Below, piece after piece: positions 37,068-47,670 of a stretch of 64,000 nt of DNA (its first letter is position 1; every line of letters starts with the position of its first letter). The stretch covers positions 1,184,001 through 1,248,000 of the forward strand of contig OZ242260.1 of NCBI GenBank assembly GCA_965207065.1, written 5' to 3'. Position numbers and translations under genes: made by a program. The notes beneath the pieces were generated by a model. The model saw nothing but the letters and a program-made list of their open reading frames with translations, had not been told where the DNA came from and did no database searches. The DNA is from a bacterium. Lineage in GTDB: Bacteria; UBA8248.

Positions 37068-38267
37068 ATGAACGAAACAAAAAAAATGCCGCTCGAAGGC
37101 GTGCGGGTCATCGACATCGGCACCCTGTTCGCCGGCCCCTGGATAGCCACCTACATGGCGGATTTCGGCGCCGATGTGATCAAGATCGAGCACCCGCGCG
37201 GCGATTCCCTGAGAAACTTCGCCTCCCAGAAAGACGGCGTTTCGCTTTGGTGGAAGCTCGCGAGCCGGAACAAGAAATCCATCACCTGCAACATCTCCTC
37301 GCCCGAGGGGCAGGAGGTCCTCCGCAAGTTGTGCGAGAACGCCGACGTTTTGGTGGAGAACTTCCGCCCCGGCACGATGGAGCGGTGGGGCTTTTCCTGG
37401 GAGAGCCTCCACGCCCTGAACCCCAAGCTCATCCTCGCCAGAACGAGCGGCTTCGGGCAGAAGGGCCCCTACGCGCAAAGGCCCGGCTTCGGCACCCTGG
37501 CGGAGGCGATGAGCGGCTTCGCGCACATCACGGGATTTCCCGACGGGCCGCCCACGCTGCCGCCTTTCGCGCTTGCAGACGGCATCAGCGCGCTGTGCGG
37601 CACCTACGCCGTGATGATGGCGCTCTACCACCGCGACGTACACGGCGCGCCGGGACAGGAAATAGACATCGCCATCTACGAACCCATCACCATGGTGCTG
37701 GGCCCCCAGCCGCTCGAATACGATCAGCTCGGCTACGTTCAGATGCGCACCGGAAACGCCATCCCATTCGCCGCGCCGAGAAACGCCTACCGCTGCAAGG
37801 ACGAGCGCTACGTCGTGATATCCGCGAGTGCCGAGAACATCTTCAAGCGCGTCATGCGCGCTGTGGGGCGAGAGGACCTGGGCGACGACCCCAGGATGGT
37901 GACCCAGGCGGGCCGGGTCGAGAACATGGCCGAACTCGACGGCGCAATCCAGGCCTGGATAGGCGAGCACACGCTCGAGGAGACGATAGCCCACTTCGAA
38001 AAACACGAATGCGCCCTGGGGCCCATCTACGACGTGGCCCAGTTCATGGCGGACCCCCAGGTGCAGGCGCGCGAGACCATCACCACCGTGGAGGATGAGG
38101 AGCTCGGCCCCATCAAGATGCAAAACGTGATTCCGCGTCTGAACGGCTCACCGGGCACAATCCGCTGGGCGGGGCCTCCCATGGGCAAGCACACCGACGA
38201 GGTGCTGGAGGGAATCGGCTACGACGACTCGGCTATCTCCGCGCTCAGGGACAAGGGCATCATCTAG
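37068..38267 (+). CDS. CaiB/BaiF family CoA transferase
   Basis: PLEGVRVID, DFGADVIKIE, RNKKS, ENFRPG. Confidence 0.93.
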   Translation: MNETKKMPLEGVRVIDIGTLFAGPWIATYMADFGADVIKIEHPRGDSLRNFASQKDGVSLWWKLASRNKKSITCNISSPEGQEVLRKLCENADVLVENFRPGTMERWGFSWESLHALNPKLILARTSGFGQKGPYAQRPGFGTLAEAMSGFAHITGFPDGPPTLPPFALADGISALCGTYAVMMALYHRDVHGAPGQEIDIAIYEPITMVLGPQPLEYDQLGYVQMRTGNAIPFAAPRNAYRCKDERYVVISASAENIFKRVMRAVGREDLGDDPRMVTQAGRVENMAELDGAIQAWIGEHTLEETIAHFEKHECALGPIYDVAQFMADPQVQARETITTVEDEELGPIKMQNVIPRLNGSPGTIRWAGPPMGKHTDEVLEGIGYDDSAISALRDKGII

Positions 38268-38275
38268 CTTTCGCG

Positions 38276-39178
38276 ATGAGAGCGCCTCCCGAGCACTGCG
38301 TTTTCATCTTTCACGAAGGCTATTACGCCTACATCGGCCAGCACGTCCTGCAAGCCGAGAAATACCAGAAAACCCACACCAGACTGAGAGAAGCCGGGCT
38401 GCCAGAGAGCGCTTTTCTCGCGCCGCGCGCCGCTGAGCCGGAGGAACTCGCCCTCGTCCATACGCAGGAATATCTGGCGGACCTTTACTCGGGCGTTCAC
38501 ACAGCGCGCACGGCGCCGAGCGAGCTCCCCATCAGCAAGCAGATCATGGACGCGAGCTTTTTGGCGACGGGCGGCACGGTTCTCGCCGCGCGCGAGGCGC
38601 TCGATAGGGGCCGCGCCATCAACCTCACAGGAGGCTTCCACCACGCCTTCGCCGATCAGGCCGAGGGGTTTTGCTACGTGAACGACTTGGCGGTCGCCGT
38701 ACGCGTCCTCATAAGAGAGGGCGCGGTCGAAAGAGCCGCCGTGATCGATTGCGACCTGCACCAGGGAAACGGCACCGCCGCCATCTTCAGGCGCGAGGAG
38801 GCGGTGTTCACCTTCTCCATCCATCAGGAGAACATCTACCCGCAAAAGAAGAGAAGCGACGTCGACGTCGGTCTCTACGACCTCGCCACCGAGGATGAAT
38901 ACCTCCCCCATCTCGAAAAACACGTCCCGAGGATTCTCGATGAACACGAGCCCGAACTGGTGATGTACCAGGCGGGGGCGGACCCCTATGCGGGGGATCA
39001 GCTCGGAACGCTCAAGCTCTCGAAGGAGGGTTTGAAGCGGCGCGATGCCTACATCCTCGAAGAGTGCCGGGCGCGCGGGATTCCCGTGGCGGGCACCCTG
39101 GGCGGGGGATACGCCCTGAACCCTGCGGACACCGTGGACATCCACGTTCAGACGGCGATGTGCTTTTGGGAAATATGA
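38276..39178 (+). CDS. Histone deacetylase family protein
   Basis: GGFHHA, GFC, DCDLHQGNGT, AGAD, GGGY. Confidence 0.93.
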   Translation: MRAPPEHCVFIFHEGYYAYIGQHVLQAEKYQKTHTRLREAGLPESAFLAPRAAEPEELALVHTQEYLADLYSGVHTARTAPSELPISKQIMDASFLATGGTVLAAREALDRGRAINLTGGFHHAFADQAEGFCYVNDLAVAVRVLIREGAVERAAVIDCDLHQGNGTAAIFRREEAVFTFSIHQENIYPQKKRSDVDVGLYDLATEDEYLPHLEKHVPRILDEHEPELVMYQAGADPYAGDQLGTLKLSKEGLKRRDAYILEECRARGIPVAGTLGGGYALNPADTVDIHVQTAMCFWEI

Positions 39179-39257
39179 TACGGCGCTTCTCCCGGAGCGC
39201 GGGCGGCGTGTATACTCCCCTCAAATTTCGTGATTCATCGCAACAATAAGGAAGCGA

Positions 39258-40565
39258 ATGTCCAGTTCCCCAGGAAACAGCCCCGCTAAAAAGCCCAGAT
39301 TCTACTACGGCTGGCTCATCGTCTGGCTCTCTTTCGCCACGCTGGGCTTCCACGTCGTCACGCGGTTTTCCTTCGGCATCTTCCAGGTTCCCCTGCTCGA
39401 GGAGTTCGGCTGGAGCCGGGGTCTTCTGAGCGGAGCGTTCTCGCTCTCGATGGCCACCTACGCCATCGGCGCGCCGTTTGCGGGCTCGCTTTTGGAGAAA
39501 AAAGGCCCGCGCGCCATCATGCCCTGGGGTTCGGTGATACTGGGCCTCACCTTCATCTCGTGTTTCTTCGTGTCCTCGCTCTGGCACCTCTACATCCTGT
39601 TCGGGCTTTTCGCAGGCTACGGCCTCTCGCTGAGCGGTTTCTCCACGCACAGCGCCATCATCCCGCGCTGGTTCGTCAGAAAACGAGGCCGCGCCACGGG
39701 CATCGCGCTCTCGGGTATCGGAATCGGCATCCTCGTCCTGGCGCCGCTGATCGAGCGGCTCATCGCGTCCGTCGGCTGGCGCTACACGTACATGATCTTC
39801 GGCCTGGTCTTGTTGTGCGTCGTAGCGCCTGCCGCATTTGTGCTCCTGCGCGACGTGCCCGAAGACGTCGGCCAGGGGCCGGACGGCGGCCCGCCGCGCA
39901 CGCCCGAGGAGATGGCGAGAGCGGGCGTCGGCCACGGCGGCGAGGGAAAGGGCGTGTGGGAGGTCTTCACGGTCGTGAGGCATGACATCCGTTTTTGGTG
40001 CCTCATCCTGATGGTCTTCGCCATCGGGCTCAACAACAACACCATCATGAGCCAGTTGCAGCTTTATCTCGTCGACGTGGGATACGGCACCGCACTGGCG
40101 GCGGTCATATTCGGCTCCGTCGGCTTCATCCGGACGTTCGGAAGCATCGGCGGCGGATGGGTGGGCGACATCATCGGGCGCGGTCGCGGGGTGGCGCTTG
40201 CAGCCGTGGTGGTGGCGGCTGGCCTGACTTTGCTGATCCTCATTCCCCATTTCGGCGGGGGCATCCTGCCGGGCTACGCCTTCGCACTCGTGTACGGGAT
40301 CGGCATCGGCGCCATGAGCGCATGCTATTCGGCCCTGGCGGGAGATTGCTTCGGGGGCCGCACCTACGGCGTCATCATCGGCTTCATGGAGATCTGCTAC
40401 GGCCTCGGAGGCGTTGTCGGCGCCCCGTTCGCGGGCTTCATGTTCGATTACACGAAAAGCTACCTCATTCCCTTCCTGACGATCATCGCCTTCATGTTCG
40501 TCTCGTTAGCCCTCGCGCTCTGGCTGCAGGCCTACATGAAAAGACACGGCCTGGAGCCGAAGTAG
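39258..40565 (+). CDS. MFS transporter
   Basis: Multi-TM pattern; YYGW, EFGWSR, WF..KRGRATG. Confidence 0.92.
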   Translation: MSSSPGNSPAKKPRFYYGWLIVWLSFATLGFHVVTRFSFGIFQVPLLEEFGWSRGLLSGAFSLSMATYAIGAPFAGSLLEKKGPRAIMPWGSVILGLTFISCFFVSSLWHLYILFGLFAGYGLSLSGFSTHSAIIPRWFVRKRGRATGIALSGIGIGILVLAPLIERLIASVGWRYTYMIFGLVLLCVVAPAAFVLLRDVPEDVGQGPDGGPPRTPEEMARAGVGHGGEGKGVWEVFTVVRHDIRFWCLILMVFAIGLNNNTIMSQLQLYLVDVGYGTALAAVIFGSVGFIRTFGSIGGGWVGDIIGRGRGVALAAVVVAAGLTLLILIPHFGGGILPGYAFALVYGIGIGAMSACYSALAGDCFGGRTYGVIIGFMEICYGLGGVVGAPFAGFMFDYTKSYLIPFLTIIAFMFVSLALALWLQAYMKRHGLEPK

Positions 40566-41074
40566 GGGGACGCCTTTTCAACCCTTGCTTGAAAGTTCCG
40601 GGAGCATTGGAAAAACGGCGACCCTCCCCGCCACTTGACCTGGTCTATGAATCATGAGACTTACGCTGCGCGACCAACACGAGAAATGAACTGGCTGGAA
40701 AACACCGCATCGTTAAGAGACACAGATTCGCTGGGTTTTCGCCAGAACCGGCCGGCTTTTCATATTTGAATTCTCATGCACATATATTCGTCCTGGTTTT
40801 TAGTTCCAAGGGTTAGTAGAGAAAGGTCGGTGCACCACGGAATAGAACGTTATGGTAAGAGCGGAAGGTAAGTCCCTGCCTGTTCGTCTTTTTCCAACAT
40901 AAAGAAGTCAACCAAGAGCGCCGCGCCGCCATTGCGTCTTTCGGCCTGTCCGGAAACGTGCGCGAGGACGGCAAGCTGCGCGGCTACGCTCAAGGTGCGG
41001 GTTCTCGACTGTGGAAAGCGCGGAAAATGGGTCCGGGAAAGCTATTCATCGTATTCAGACAGAGGACCCGAGAA

Positions 41075-42451
41075 ATGAACTACACGAGAAGGCAGTTTCT
41101 TAGGAACGCGGCGACCGTCTCCGCGCTCCTGGCGACCGGGTGCGTCAGCCCCCACGGACACAAGGCATCCTATACGAGCCAGATACTCAAGCCCAAAAAC
41201 CAGAACCCCGTCTTTCATTGGGTCGACGCGGCCTTACAGCAGGTGCGTGACCAAAGAGCCACCCCGCCCCTGGCGGCATACTGTTGCGCTCTGCCCATGG
41301 CCGCCGGCTTTCTCGCCGCAAACGGAATTCTCCAGGCTTACGAGGAACCCTTCGGGGTCGGCGTTGGCCCGCGCGGCGCGGACCCCGAAGTCGCCTACGG
41401 CGTGGCTTTCGCAAGCGCGGCCGCGGAAGCGTTCCAGCAGCCTTTTCTTTTTGAGCGCATGGCGTTCCTGGAGCGTTATCCCGCGGGCGAGGCGAAGTCC
41501 CTGGGCGTCAGGTGGGGCCGCGCGGCCGCCCGCAAGGTGCTGAGGATGCGGACAAACGACGGCGCCGAGCCCAGCGAGTCCCGTTATTATCTCGGACGCT
41601 ACAAACGGCGCACGGATTCGCTGCGATGGGCGCCCACCGGCCCGTTCTACGGGACGAATCCCGGCCCTGCGTTTCCCACTTTTGATCGCGGCCTCTATCC
41701 GGGACAGGGGCGAATCAAACCCTGGACCATGAAGAGCGGTTCGCAGTTTCGCGCATCGGGCTTCTACGATCCGGCGAGCCCGGAATTTGCAGACGAGTTC
41801 GACAGAATACGCCGCCTGGGAGGAATGGAAAGCACCATCCGAACCGCCGATCAGTCCCAGATCGCGCTTTTCTGGGAAGACGGTCCCTGGGGCGTCACGG
41901 CGCCGGGGCACATGATCTGCATCGCCATACAGATTCTGCAGGATAGAGGCTTGAGCTTCATCGAACTCGCACGCGCCTTCGCCTTGATCGGCATGACGCA
42001 GTGCGACGCCTCCATCAGCGCGTGGGACAACAAGTACCATCACGACGTCCTCCGTCCGGAAACCGCCATTCGCGCCCGCGCGCCCAAGCTCGGCAACCCG
42101 GATTCGCGGGTGGTGCGGCAACCCGGCTGGCGCAGCTTCGTTCCGGCTCCGGAATTTCCCTCCTTCACTTCGGGGCATTCCACCTTCGGCGCCGCCGCCG
42201 CCGAGATGATCGCGCTTATCCATGGACGCGACGACATTTCGTTCTCGGGCCGTTCGCCCGATGAGGTGCTGTGGCCGCAATTAAAAGGCGTCACCAGACA
42301 CTGGAGGAGTCTCTCCCACATGGCGGAAGAAAACGGACTCAGCCGTATCTACGGCGGCGTTCACTGGGAAATCGACAATACGGAAGCATTGAAAGCCGGC
42401 CGCGCCATCGCACGCCAGGCCTTTCTCTCCACTTTTCCGAAAAAGGCCTGA
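41075..42451 (+). CDS. Vanadium-dependent haloperoxidase, Tat-exported lipoprotein
   Basis: TRRQFL and LATGC; KYHHDVLRP, PSFTSGHS, SRIYGGVHW vanadate-site motifs. Confidence 0.85.
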   Translation: MNYTRRQFLRNAATVSALLATGCVSPHGHKASYTSQILKPKNQNPVFHWVDAALQQVRDQRATPPLAAYCCALPMAAGFLAANGILQAYEEPFGVGVGPRGADPEVAYGVAFASAAAEAFQQPFLFERMAFLERYPAGEAKSLGVRWGRAAARKVLRMRTNDGAEPSESRYYLGRYKRRTDSLRWAPTGPFYGTNPGPAFPTFDRGLYPGQGRIKPWTMKSGSQFRASGFYDPASPEFADEFDRIRRLGGMESTIRTADQSQIALFWEDGPWGVTAPGHMICIAIQILQDRGLSFIELARAFALIGMTQCDASISAWDNKYHHDVLRPETAIRARAPKLGNPDSRVVRQPGWRSFVPAPEFPSFTSGHSTFGAAAAEMIALIHGRDDISFSGRSPDEVLWPQLKGVTRHWRSLSHMAEENGLSRIYGGVHWEIDNTEALKAGRAIARQAFLSTFPKKA

Positions 42452-42455
42452 GATC

Positions 42456-43523
42456 ATGACAACGTGTAAAACAATTCCGGGAATTCGCCTTTTTTTGGCG
42501 GCAGTAATTTTCATTTGCGCTATCGGGGCGAAGGGGTCCGCCTCGGCTGAGGAAATGTTTTTCAATTACGATGACTTCTCAATGCTCGAAGCCCCGCTCG
42601 CCACCGAGGTAGGCGACGTAACGCTCCTCCTGAGAGGCATGATCGAGGGAGCATCGACCTTCGGCCTGGGAAACGATGACGATGACGATACGGACGAGAG
42701 CCTGGACGGCAGCTTTCAGCTAGGCGCGCAGACGCAATTGCCCAACCGCTGGCGGGTTCGCCTGACCTATCTCGGGAAATACGCCACCGACCCGGAAGCC
42801 TCCCCCGATTCGGGCTTCGCCTCCAGGGTGGATGACGAATACGAGGACGATCTCGCACTATCGGTCGGCGGCGCCTGGGGAGCGGTGGTGGGCGGAAACG
42901 TTACAGAAGTCGTACGCGAACAGACGCAGCGCACGCCCGGAGCAGGGAGAGCCTCCCTGTCCTTCGACGACGTATTCGGCTCGCTAGAGGGTTGGGGCGG
43001 CGGCTATGTGGGCCGCTTCGGCCCCTGGGTGCTCAGCACCGTGGTGGATGAGGAGGGGAACTTCGATCTCGGGGCGACGTATCAGCGTCCAATCGGCGAC
43101 AAGGACTACCGGCTGACAACGCGGTATACCGAGGGCGTTTTCACTTCCGCCGACGGGCTGAGGCAATTCGACACCAGGGCGGCCAGCGGCGTCGGTGAAT
43201 TCATCTACGGCAGCGCCTTGTTCGACTTGGGTGCGGGCTATGAACGCCTTCAATCAGCCGTTCTGGAAGTCGAGCAGTGGTATGTCTCCTCAGGCGTCCG
43301 CATCAAAATCGGGGCCGTGAGCCTCTCCCTCGAAGGCCACTACGGTGAAGTTGAAGGAGAGGAGAAAACCTCCGCCGCCCTGGGCGTTCAATACGACGTG
43401 GCGCGGGGATTGTCCGCGAACGTCGGCTTGAACTACGAAGACGCTGACGTGAGCCTCGGGGGCGTGAACCTCATCGCATCCAAAGGGACCAAGGCCGTCA
43501 TTTCGGTGAGATACGCCTTCTAG
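42456..43523 (+). CDS. Porin-like outer-membrane beta-barrel
   Basis: Signal peptide, amphipathic strands, C-terminal SVRYAF. Confidence 0.8.
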   Translation: MTTCKTIPGIRLFLAAVIFICAIGAKGSASAEEMFFNYDDFSMLEAPLATEVGDVTLLLRGMIEGASTFGLGNDDDDDTDESLDGSFQLGAQTQLPNRWRVRLTYLGKYATDPEASPDSGFASRVDDEYEDDLALSVGGAWGAVVGGNVTEVVREQTQRTPGAGRASLSFDDVFGSLEGWGGGYVGRFGPWVLSTVVDEEGNFDLGATYQRPIGDKDYRLTTRYTEGVFTSADGLRQFDTRAASGVGEFIYGSALFDLGAGYERLQSAVLEVEQWYVSSGVRIKIGAVSLSLEGHYGEVEGEEKTSAALGVQYDVARGLSANVGLNYEDADVSLGGVNLIASKGTKAVISVRYAF

Positions 43524-43649
43524 CCGAGGAGGGGGCGAGACGGCGCTCGTTCCCTCCCTGATCATCTTTCCCAAGTTCGCTGGGACAGAACCCACACTCC
43601 AACAACGCGGGCATATGAGAGAGATAGCCAGGGACTGAGGCTGGAGCAG

Positions 43650-44519
43650 CTATTTCAGGTTCTTGAGATATCTTTTCACCTTGTAGCGTTCGGTGAGTTC
43701 GAGAAACTTCTGGCGCATCGCTTCCTGCCTGTTGCGCTCGCCCATTTCCTTGACGATTTTCTCCTGCACGTCCAGGAAGCTGAGCTGCCTGGCCCCCTGC
43801 TTTTGGGAGGTTTTCACTACGTGCCAGCCGTAGACACTGCGAACCACGCCGCTGTGTGCGCCCGGATCGAGCGAGAACGCCGTCTGCTCGATAATCTCGG
43901 GCAGACCCGTCTTTTTGCTGTAACCCCGTTCCATCTCCCCCAGGCTCCCGCCGAGCGCGCGCTCGGGCGCCAGGGAGTACTTCTTCGCCAGTTCAGCGAA
44001 ATCCTCCCCCTTGACGATCTTCGCCAGCAGATCCTTCGCCTCTTTCTCGGATGAGACCATGATGTGGGACGCGGTGACCTTGCCCCCCTCGGTGTATTTC
44101 AACTTGTTCTGCTCATACTCCGCGAGAATTTCGGCCGCCTTGGGCCGCGCGCCCTCCTCGATTCTGCGCAGCGCCTCGCCGATGAGAATCTCGCGCCGCG
44201 CGCGCGCTATCTGCATCTTCACCCGCTCGGTGCCCAGAAAATTACTCTCATCCGCATGCCGGAGCATGAGCATGCGCTGGATCAGGGCTTCCAGGAACGC
44301 CGCCTTGTTCGCTTGCGCCTGCGCCTGGATGTTGGCCGGCAACTGTTGGATGAAGGCGTTAAATGCCTCAAGCGTTATCGGCTTGTCTCCGACGTGCGCG
44401 ACGATGGCCTCCCCCGCCGCCTTCGGGCCCATCTTGGGCGCGGCGGATGCGGTGGAGATGATAATGAGAAAAGCCGCAAGGGTGAGCGTTGCAAATTTTA
44501 CGATAGGTGGGCGCGTCAT
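43650..44519 (-). CDS. PpiC-type peptidyl-prolyl isomerase (SurA/PrsA-like)
   Basis: ASHIMV, FAELAKKYS, GGSLG, YGWHVVK. Confidence 0.9.
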   Translation of the reverse strand: MTRPPIVKFATLTLAAFLIIISTASAAPKMGPKAAGEAIVAHVGDKPITLEAFNAFIQQLPANIQAQAQANKAAFLEALIQRMLMLRHADESNFLGTERVKMQIARARREILIGEALRRIEEGARPKAAEILAEYEQNKLKYTEGGKVTASHIMVSSEKEAKDLLAKIVKGEDFAELAKKYSLAPERALGGSLGEMERGYSKKTGLPEIIEQTAFSLDPGAHSGVVRSVYGWHVVKTSQKQGARQLSFLDVQEKIVKEMGERNRQEAMRQKFLELTERYKVKRYLKNLK

Positions 44520-44598
44520 GACGTGACCTCCTGAAGGTATGGCGAGTAATTGGGAAACGGTGATCATACAACAATTCACTCAGGCTTGCCTTCCACCC

Positions 44599-45312
44599 TC
44601 AATCATCCGTCTTTTCCATTCGCTTCGGCCCGATGAGCAGGACGCACTCACCTTTTATCTTTCTGTCTTTTAGTTTCTCGGCCAGCCCCTGCGCCGTCTC
44701 CCTCAGAATCTCCTCGTGCAGTTTCGTGATCTCGCGCGCAAGGGCCAGGGGCCGCGCGGGCGCGATGGCGGCGATTTCGCTTGCGAGCCTTGGCGTTCTG
44801 TGGGGCGATTCGAACACGACGACCGTGCGCTCCTCATCCAGCAGCGCCTCGATTTTTTGAAGCCTCTTGCGGCCTTTGGAAGGAAGAAACCCCTCGAATA
44901 CGAAGCTGTCCGTGGGAAGCCCCGAGGCGGTGAGGGCGGCCAGAACGGAGGATGCGCCGGGCACGGGGACGACGGCGACGCCCGCTTCTATCGCGGCGCG
45001 CACCACCCGGTAGGCGGGGTCGGAAACCCCCGGCGTTCCCGCGTCGGACACCACGGCGACCCGCTCGCCACTCATTGCGCGCCCGGCCAACTCACCTGCT
45101 CGCCTCGCTTCGTTGTGTTCGTGGTAGCTCACGAGCGGTTTCTTGATGCCGAGGCGCGAGAGCAGCCTCCCCGTGTGGCGGGTATCTTCACACGCAATGA
45201 GGTCGCACTCGCGCAATACTCTTAAAGCCCGCGCTGTAATGTCTTCTAAATTTCCAATCGGTGTGGCGACGAGATAGACGCCGGGGGAGAGGGGCGGCGG
45301 CGGTTTGGCCAT
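44599..45312 (-). CDS. rsmI: 16S rRNA C1402 2'-O-methyltransferase
   Basis: VATPIGNLEDIT, CEDTR, SDAGTP..SDP, FESPHR, REITKLHEE. Confidence 0.95.
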   Translation of the reverse strand: MAKPPPPLSPGVYLVATPIGNLEDITARALRVLRECDLIACEDTRHTGRLLSRLGIKKPLVSYHEHNEARRAGELAGRAMSGERVAVVSDAGTPGVSDPAYRVVRAAIEAGVAVVPVPGASSVLAALTASGLPTDSFVFEGFLPSKGRKRLQKIEALLDEERTVVVFESPHRTPRLASEIAAIAPARPLALAREITKLHEEILRETAQGLAEKLKDRKIKGECVLLIGPKRMEKTDD

Positions 45313-45316
45313 GCGC

Positions 45317-46519
45317 TCAGGCCACGACGCCCGCTTCTCGCAGGTTCTTTATTTCTTCCTCGCTCGTGCCGAACTCACGCAGCACTTGGTCGGTGTGCTC
45401 GCCCAACAGGGGCGCGGGCGTCCTCACGCCGACGCGCGTCGCAGACAACTTGGGCGGGAAGCCCAGAACCCGTATGCGGCCCGCCGCGGGGTGCTCCATA
45501 TCGACGCTCATCTCTCTCGCCTGAATCTGGGGATGGTCAAATGTTTCCGACATGTTCAGAATCGGCCCGCAGGGGATTCCGCCCGAATCCAGAAGCGCCA
45601 CCCAATCGTCCCGCGTCTTTTCGATGAACACCTCTTCGAGTTCGCCTGCGAGCGCGAGATAGTTCTCGCGCCTCAAGCCGTCGGTGGCGTATTCCTCGCG
45701 CTCCAGGAGGTCTTCCCGCCCGATAGTATCGCAGAACAATTCCCAGTTCCTCTGGTTGGCGGCGCCCAAAGCCAGATAGCCGTCCTTGCACTGAAAGGCC
45801 TGGTACGGGGCCGTCATCTCGTGCGCGGAGCCGAGCGGTTCCGGCGGCTCGCCCGATGGGAAGAACTGCGACGCCTGCCAGAACGTGTAGCCGAGCCCTG
45901 CGTCGGTCAGCGCCATGTCGATGCGCTGGCCCTCGCCCGTGCGCTGTTTGTGGATATAGGCGGAGAGGATCGAGAGCGCCGTGTACATGCCTGCGTTCAA
46001 ATCGCATATCGGTACGGGTATCTTCGCGGGCGCGCCGCCGGGTTCGCCCGTGAAGCTCATGAGGCTCGAGAGGCCCTGCGAAACCAGGTCGAACCCGCCC
46101 TTGCCCGCGAAAGGACCCGTATCGCCATAGCCTGAGATGGAGGCATAGACGAGGCCCGGGTTCAGTTCTTTCAAGTCCTCATAGCCCAGCCCCAGGCGGG
46201 TCATGATGCCGGGCCGTATGTTCTCGACGAACACGTCGACCCCTTTCGCGAGTTCTTTCATGAGCGCGACGCCTTCGGGCGTTTTCATGTTCACCGAAAC
46301 GCTGCGCTTGTTGCGATTCAGGTTCATGAAGCCGTGCGCCTCGCCGCCGTCGAAGTAGCGGCCCAGCCGGCGCGCGCTGTCGCCGCCGTCGGGATTTTCG
46401 ATCTTGATGACGTCCGCGCCCATGTCCGCCAGCAGGCACCCGCAGAACGGGCCGGCCATCACCTGGCAGACCTCCAGCACGCGAACGCCCTCTAGCGGCC
46501 CGCCCGTCTTTCGGCTCAT
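45317..46519 (-). CDS. CaiB/BaiF family CoA transferase
   Basis: PLEGVRVLE, DMGADVIKIE, NRNKRS, APLLGEHT. Confidence 0.93.
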   Translation of the reverse strand: MSRKTGGPLEGVRVLEVCQVMAGPFCGCLLADMGADVIKIENPDGGDSARRLGRYFDGGEAHGFMNLNRNKRSVSVNMKTPEGVALMKELAKGVDVFVENIRPGIMTRLGLGYEDLKELNPGLVYASISGYGDTGPFAGKGGFDLVSQGLSSLMSFTGEPGGAPAKIPVPICDLNAGMYTALSILSAYIHKQRTGEGQRIDMALTDAGLGYTFWQASQFFPSGEPPEPLGSAHEMTAPYQAFQCKDGYLALGAANQRNWELFCDTIGREDLLEREEYATDGLRRENYLALAGELEEVFIEKTRDDWVALLDSGGIPCGPILNMSETFDHPQIQAREMSVDMEHPAAGRIRVLGFPPKLSATRVGVRTPAPLLGEHTDQVLREFGTSEEEIKNLREAGVVA

Positions 46520-46524
46520 CTGTT

Positions 46525-47334
46525 TTATTTTCCCCGGAATTCAGGCGTGCGCTTGTTCAGAAACGCCTCCACGCCTTCCCTGAAGTCTTCTGTGTCGAAA
46601 CAGGCGACCTCGCGCGCCCTCTCTTCTTCGGTAAGAGTGGAGAGGTTCGGATCGAGCAACACCTTCTTCACGAAACCCTTGTGCCACTTGTGAACCAGGG
46701 GCGCCAGGGAAACGATGCGCTCCGCCATCTCATACGCCGCGGCCTCCACCTCCTCGTCCGGCACGACGCGCGCCAGAAAGCCCGCGTCGAGCATCTCCTT
46801 CGACGTGAAGAGCTTGGCGGTCAGCAGCATATCCAGCGTGCGCGCGGGGCCGATGGAATACACGAAGCGCCTGAGTTCGGAATAGCCCGCCACGAGGCCG
46901 AGTTTGGCCACCGGTATCCCGAAGCGAGAACTCTCGCCCGCGACCCGCAGGTCCGTAGCGGCGGCAAGTTCCACGCCCCCGCCCACGCAGGCGCCGCGAA
47001 TGAGGCAGATGACGGGTTTCGAGAAGGCATCCACCGCGTCGAGGCCGCGAAGGAATCCTGTTTCCGAGAAATGCTTCGCTTGCTCCGAGCTGTAGCGCTC
47101 CTGCTTGAAGCGAGAGATGTCCGCCCCGGCCGAGAAGGCGCGTTCGCCGGCGCCCCGGAAGACGACGGCGCGCACCGAGTCGTCCGCGTCGAGTTCGGGC
47201 ATGAGGCTGCCGATTTCCACCCACATCTCATACTCGATGGCGTTCAGCCGCTCGGGCGCGTTGAAGGTGATCGTCGCCACCGCATCCTTGCGGGAGAGGA
47301 GTATTTTTCCGTCCGCGCGTTGTTCTTCGCTCAC
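46525..47334 (-). CDS. Enoyl-CoA hydratase/isomerase family protein
   Basis: AFSAGADI, CVGGG.ELA, DFREGV.AFLNKR.P.F.G. Confidence 0.92.
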   Translation of the reverse strand: MSEEQRADGKILLSRKDAVATITFNAPERLNAIEYEMWVEIGSLMPELDADDSVRAVVFRGAGERAFSAGADISRFKQERYSSEQAKHFSETGFLRGLDAVDAFSKPVICLIRGACVGGGVELAAATDLRVAGESSRFGIPVAKLGLVAGYSELRRFVYSIGPARTLDMLLTAKLFTSKEMLDAGFLARVVPDEEVEAAAYEMAERIVSLAPLVHKWHKGFVKKVLLDPNLSTLTEEERAREVACFDTEDFREGVEAFLNKRTPEFRGK

Positions 47335-47426
47335 GTCACTCGCCTCGATTCAATCTCTATCGGTTCGAACCGCTTCATGGCGCCAGCCGGAATTTCGCGC
47401 CGTCGTTCGATATACGGGAGATATGC

Positions 47427-47645
47427 TTATGCCTCCTGCGCATCCTTGTATTCTTCGAGCCACGCCATCTGGATGGCCTCGAGCTTGCCCTCCGTCGAGG
47501 TCTTTGGATCGTCGTCGAACTCCTCGAGTTCGCACACCCACTCGTGCAGATCCGTGAAACGGACGGAGAGCGGCTCGATCTTCGGATATTTCTCATATAG
47601 CGCGATGCCGATATCTTCGGCGTCTTCCCAGCCAAACGTGTCCAC
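47427..47645 (-). CDS. iscX: Fe-S assembly protein IscX
   Basis: W.D...I...LYE, VRFTDLH.WV..L..FDDDP, LEAIQMAW; GTG start with AGGAG RBS. Confidence 0.92.
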   Translation of the reverse strand: MDTFGWEDAEDIGIALYEKYPKIEPLSVRFTDLHEWVCELEEFDDDPKTSTEGKLEAIQMAWLEEYKDAQEA

Positions 47646-47670
47646 CAGTTCTTCTCCTGAACCGAATTTC

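Noticed and set aside
40566-41074. Riboswitch or ncRNA upstream of the haloperoxidase
   Set aside because: No family consensus that I can recognise by eye; an Rfam search is needed.
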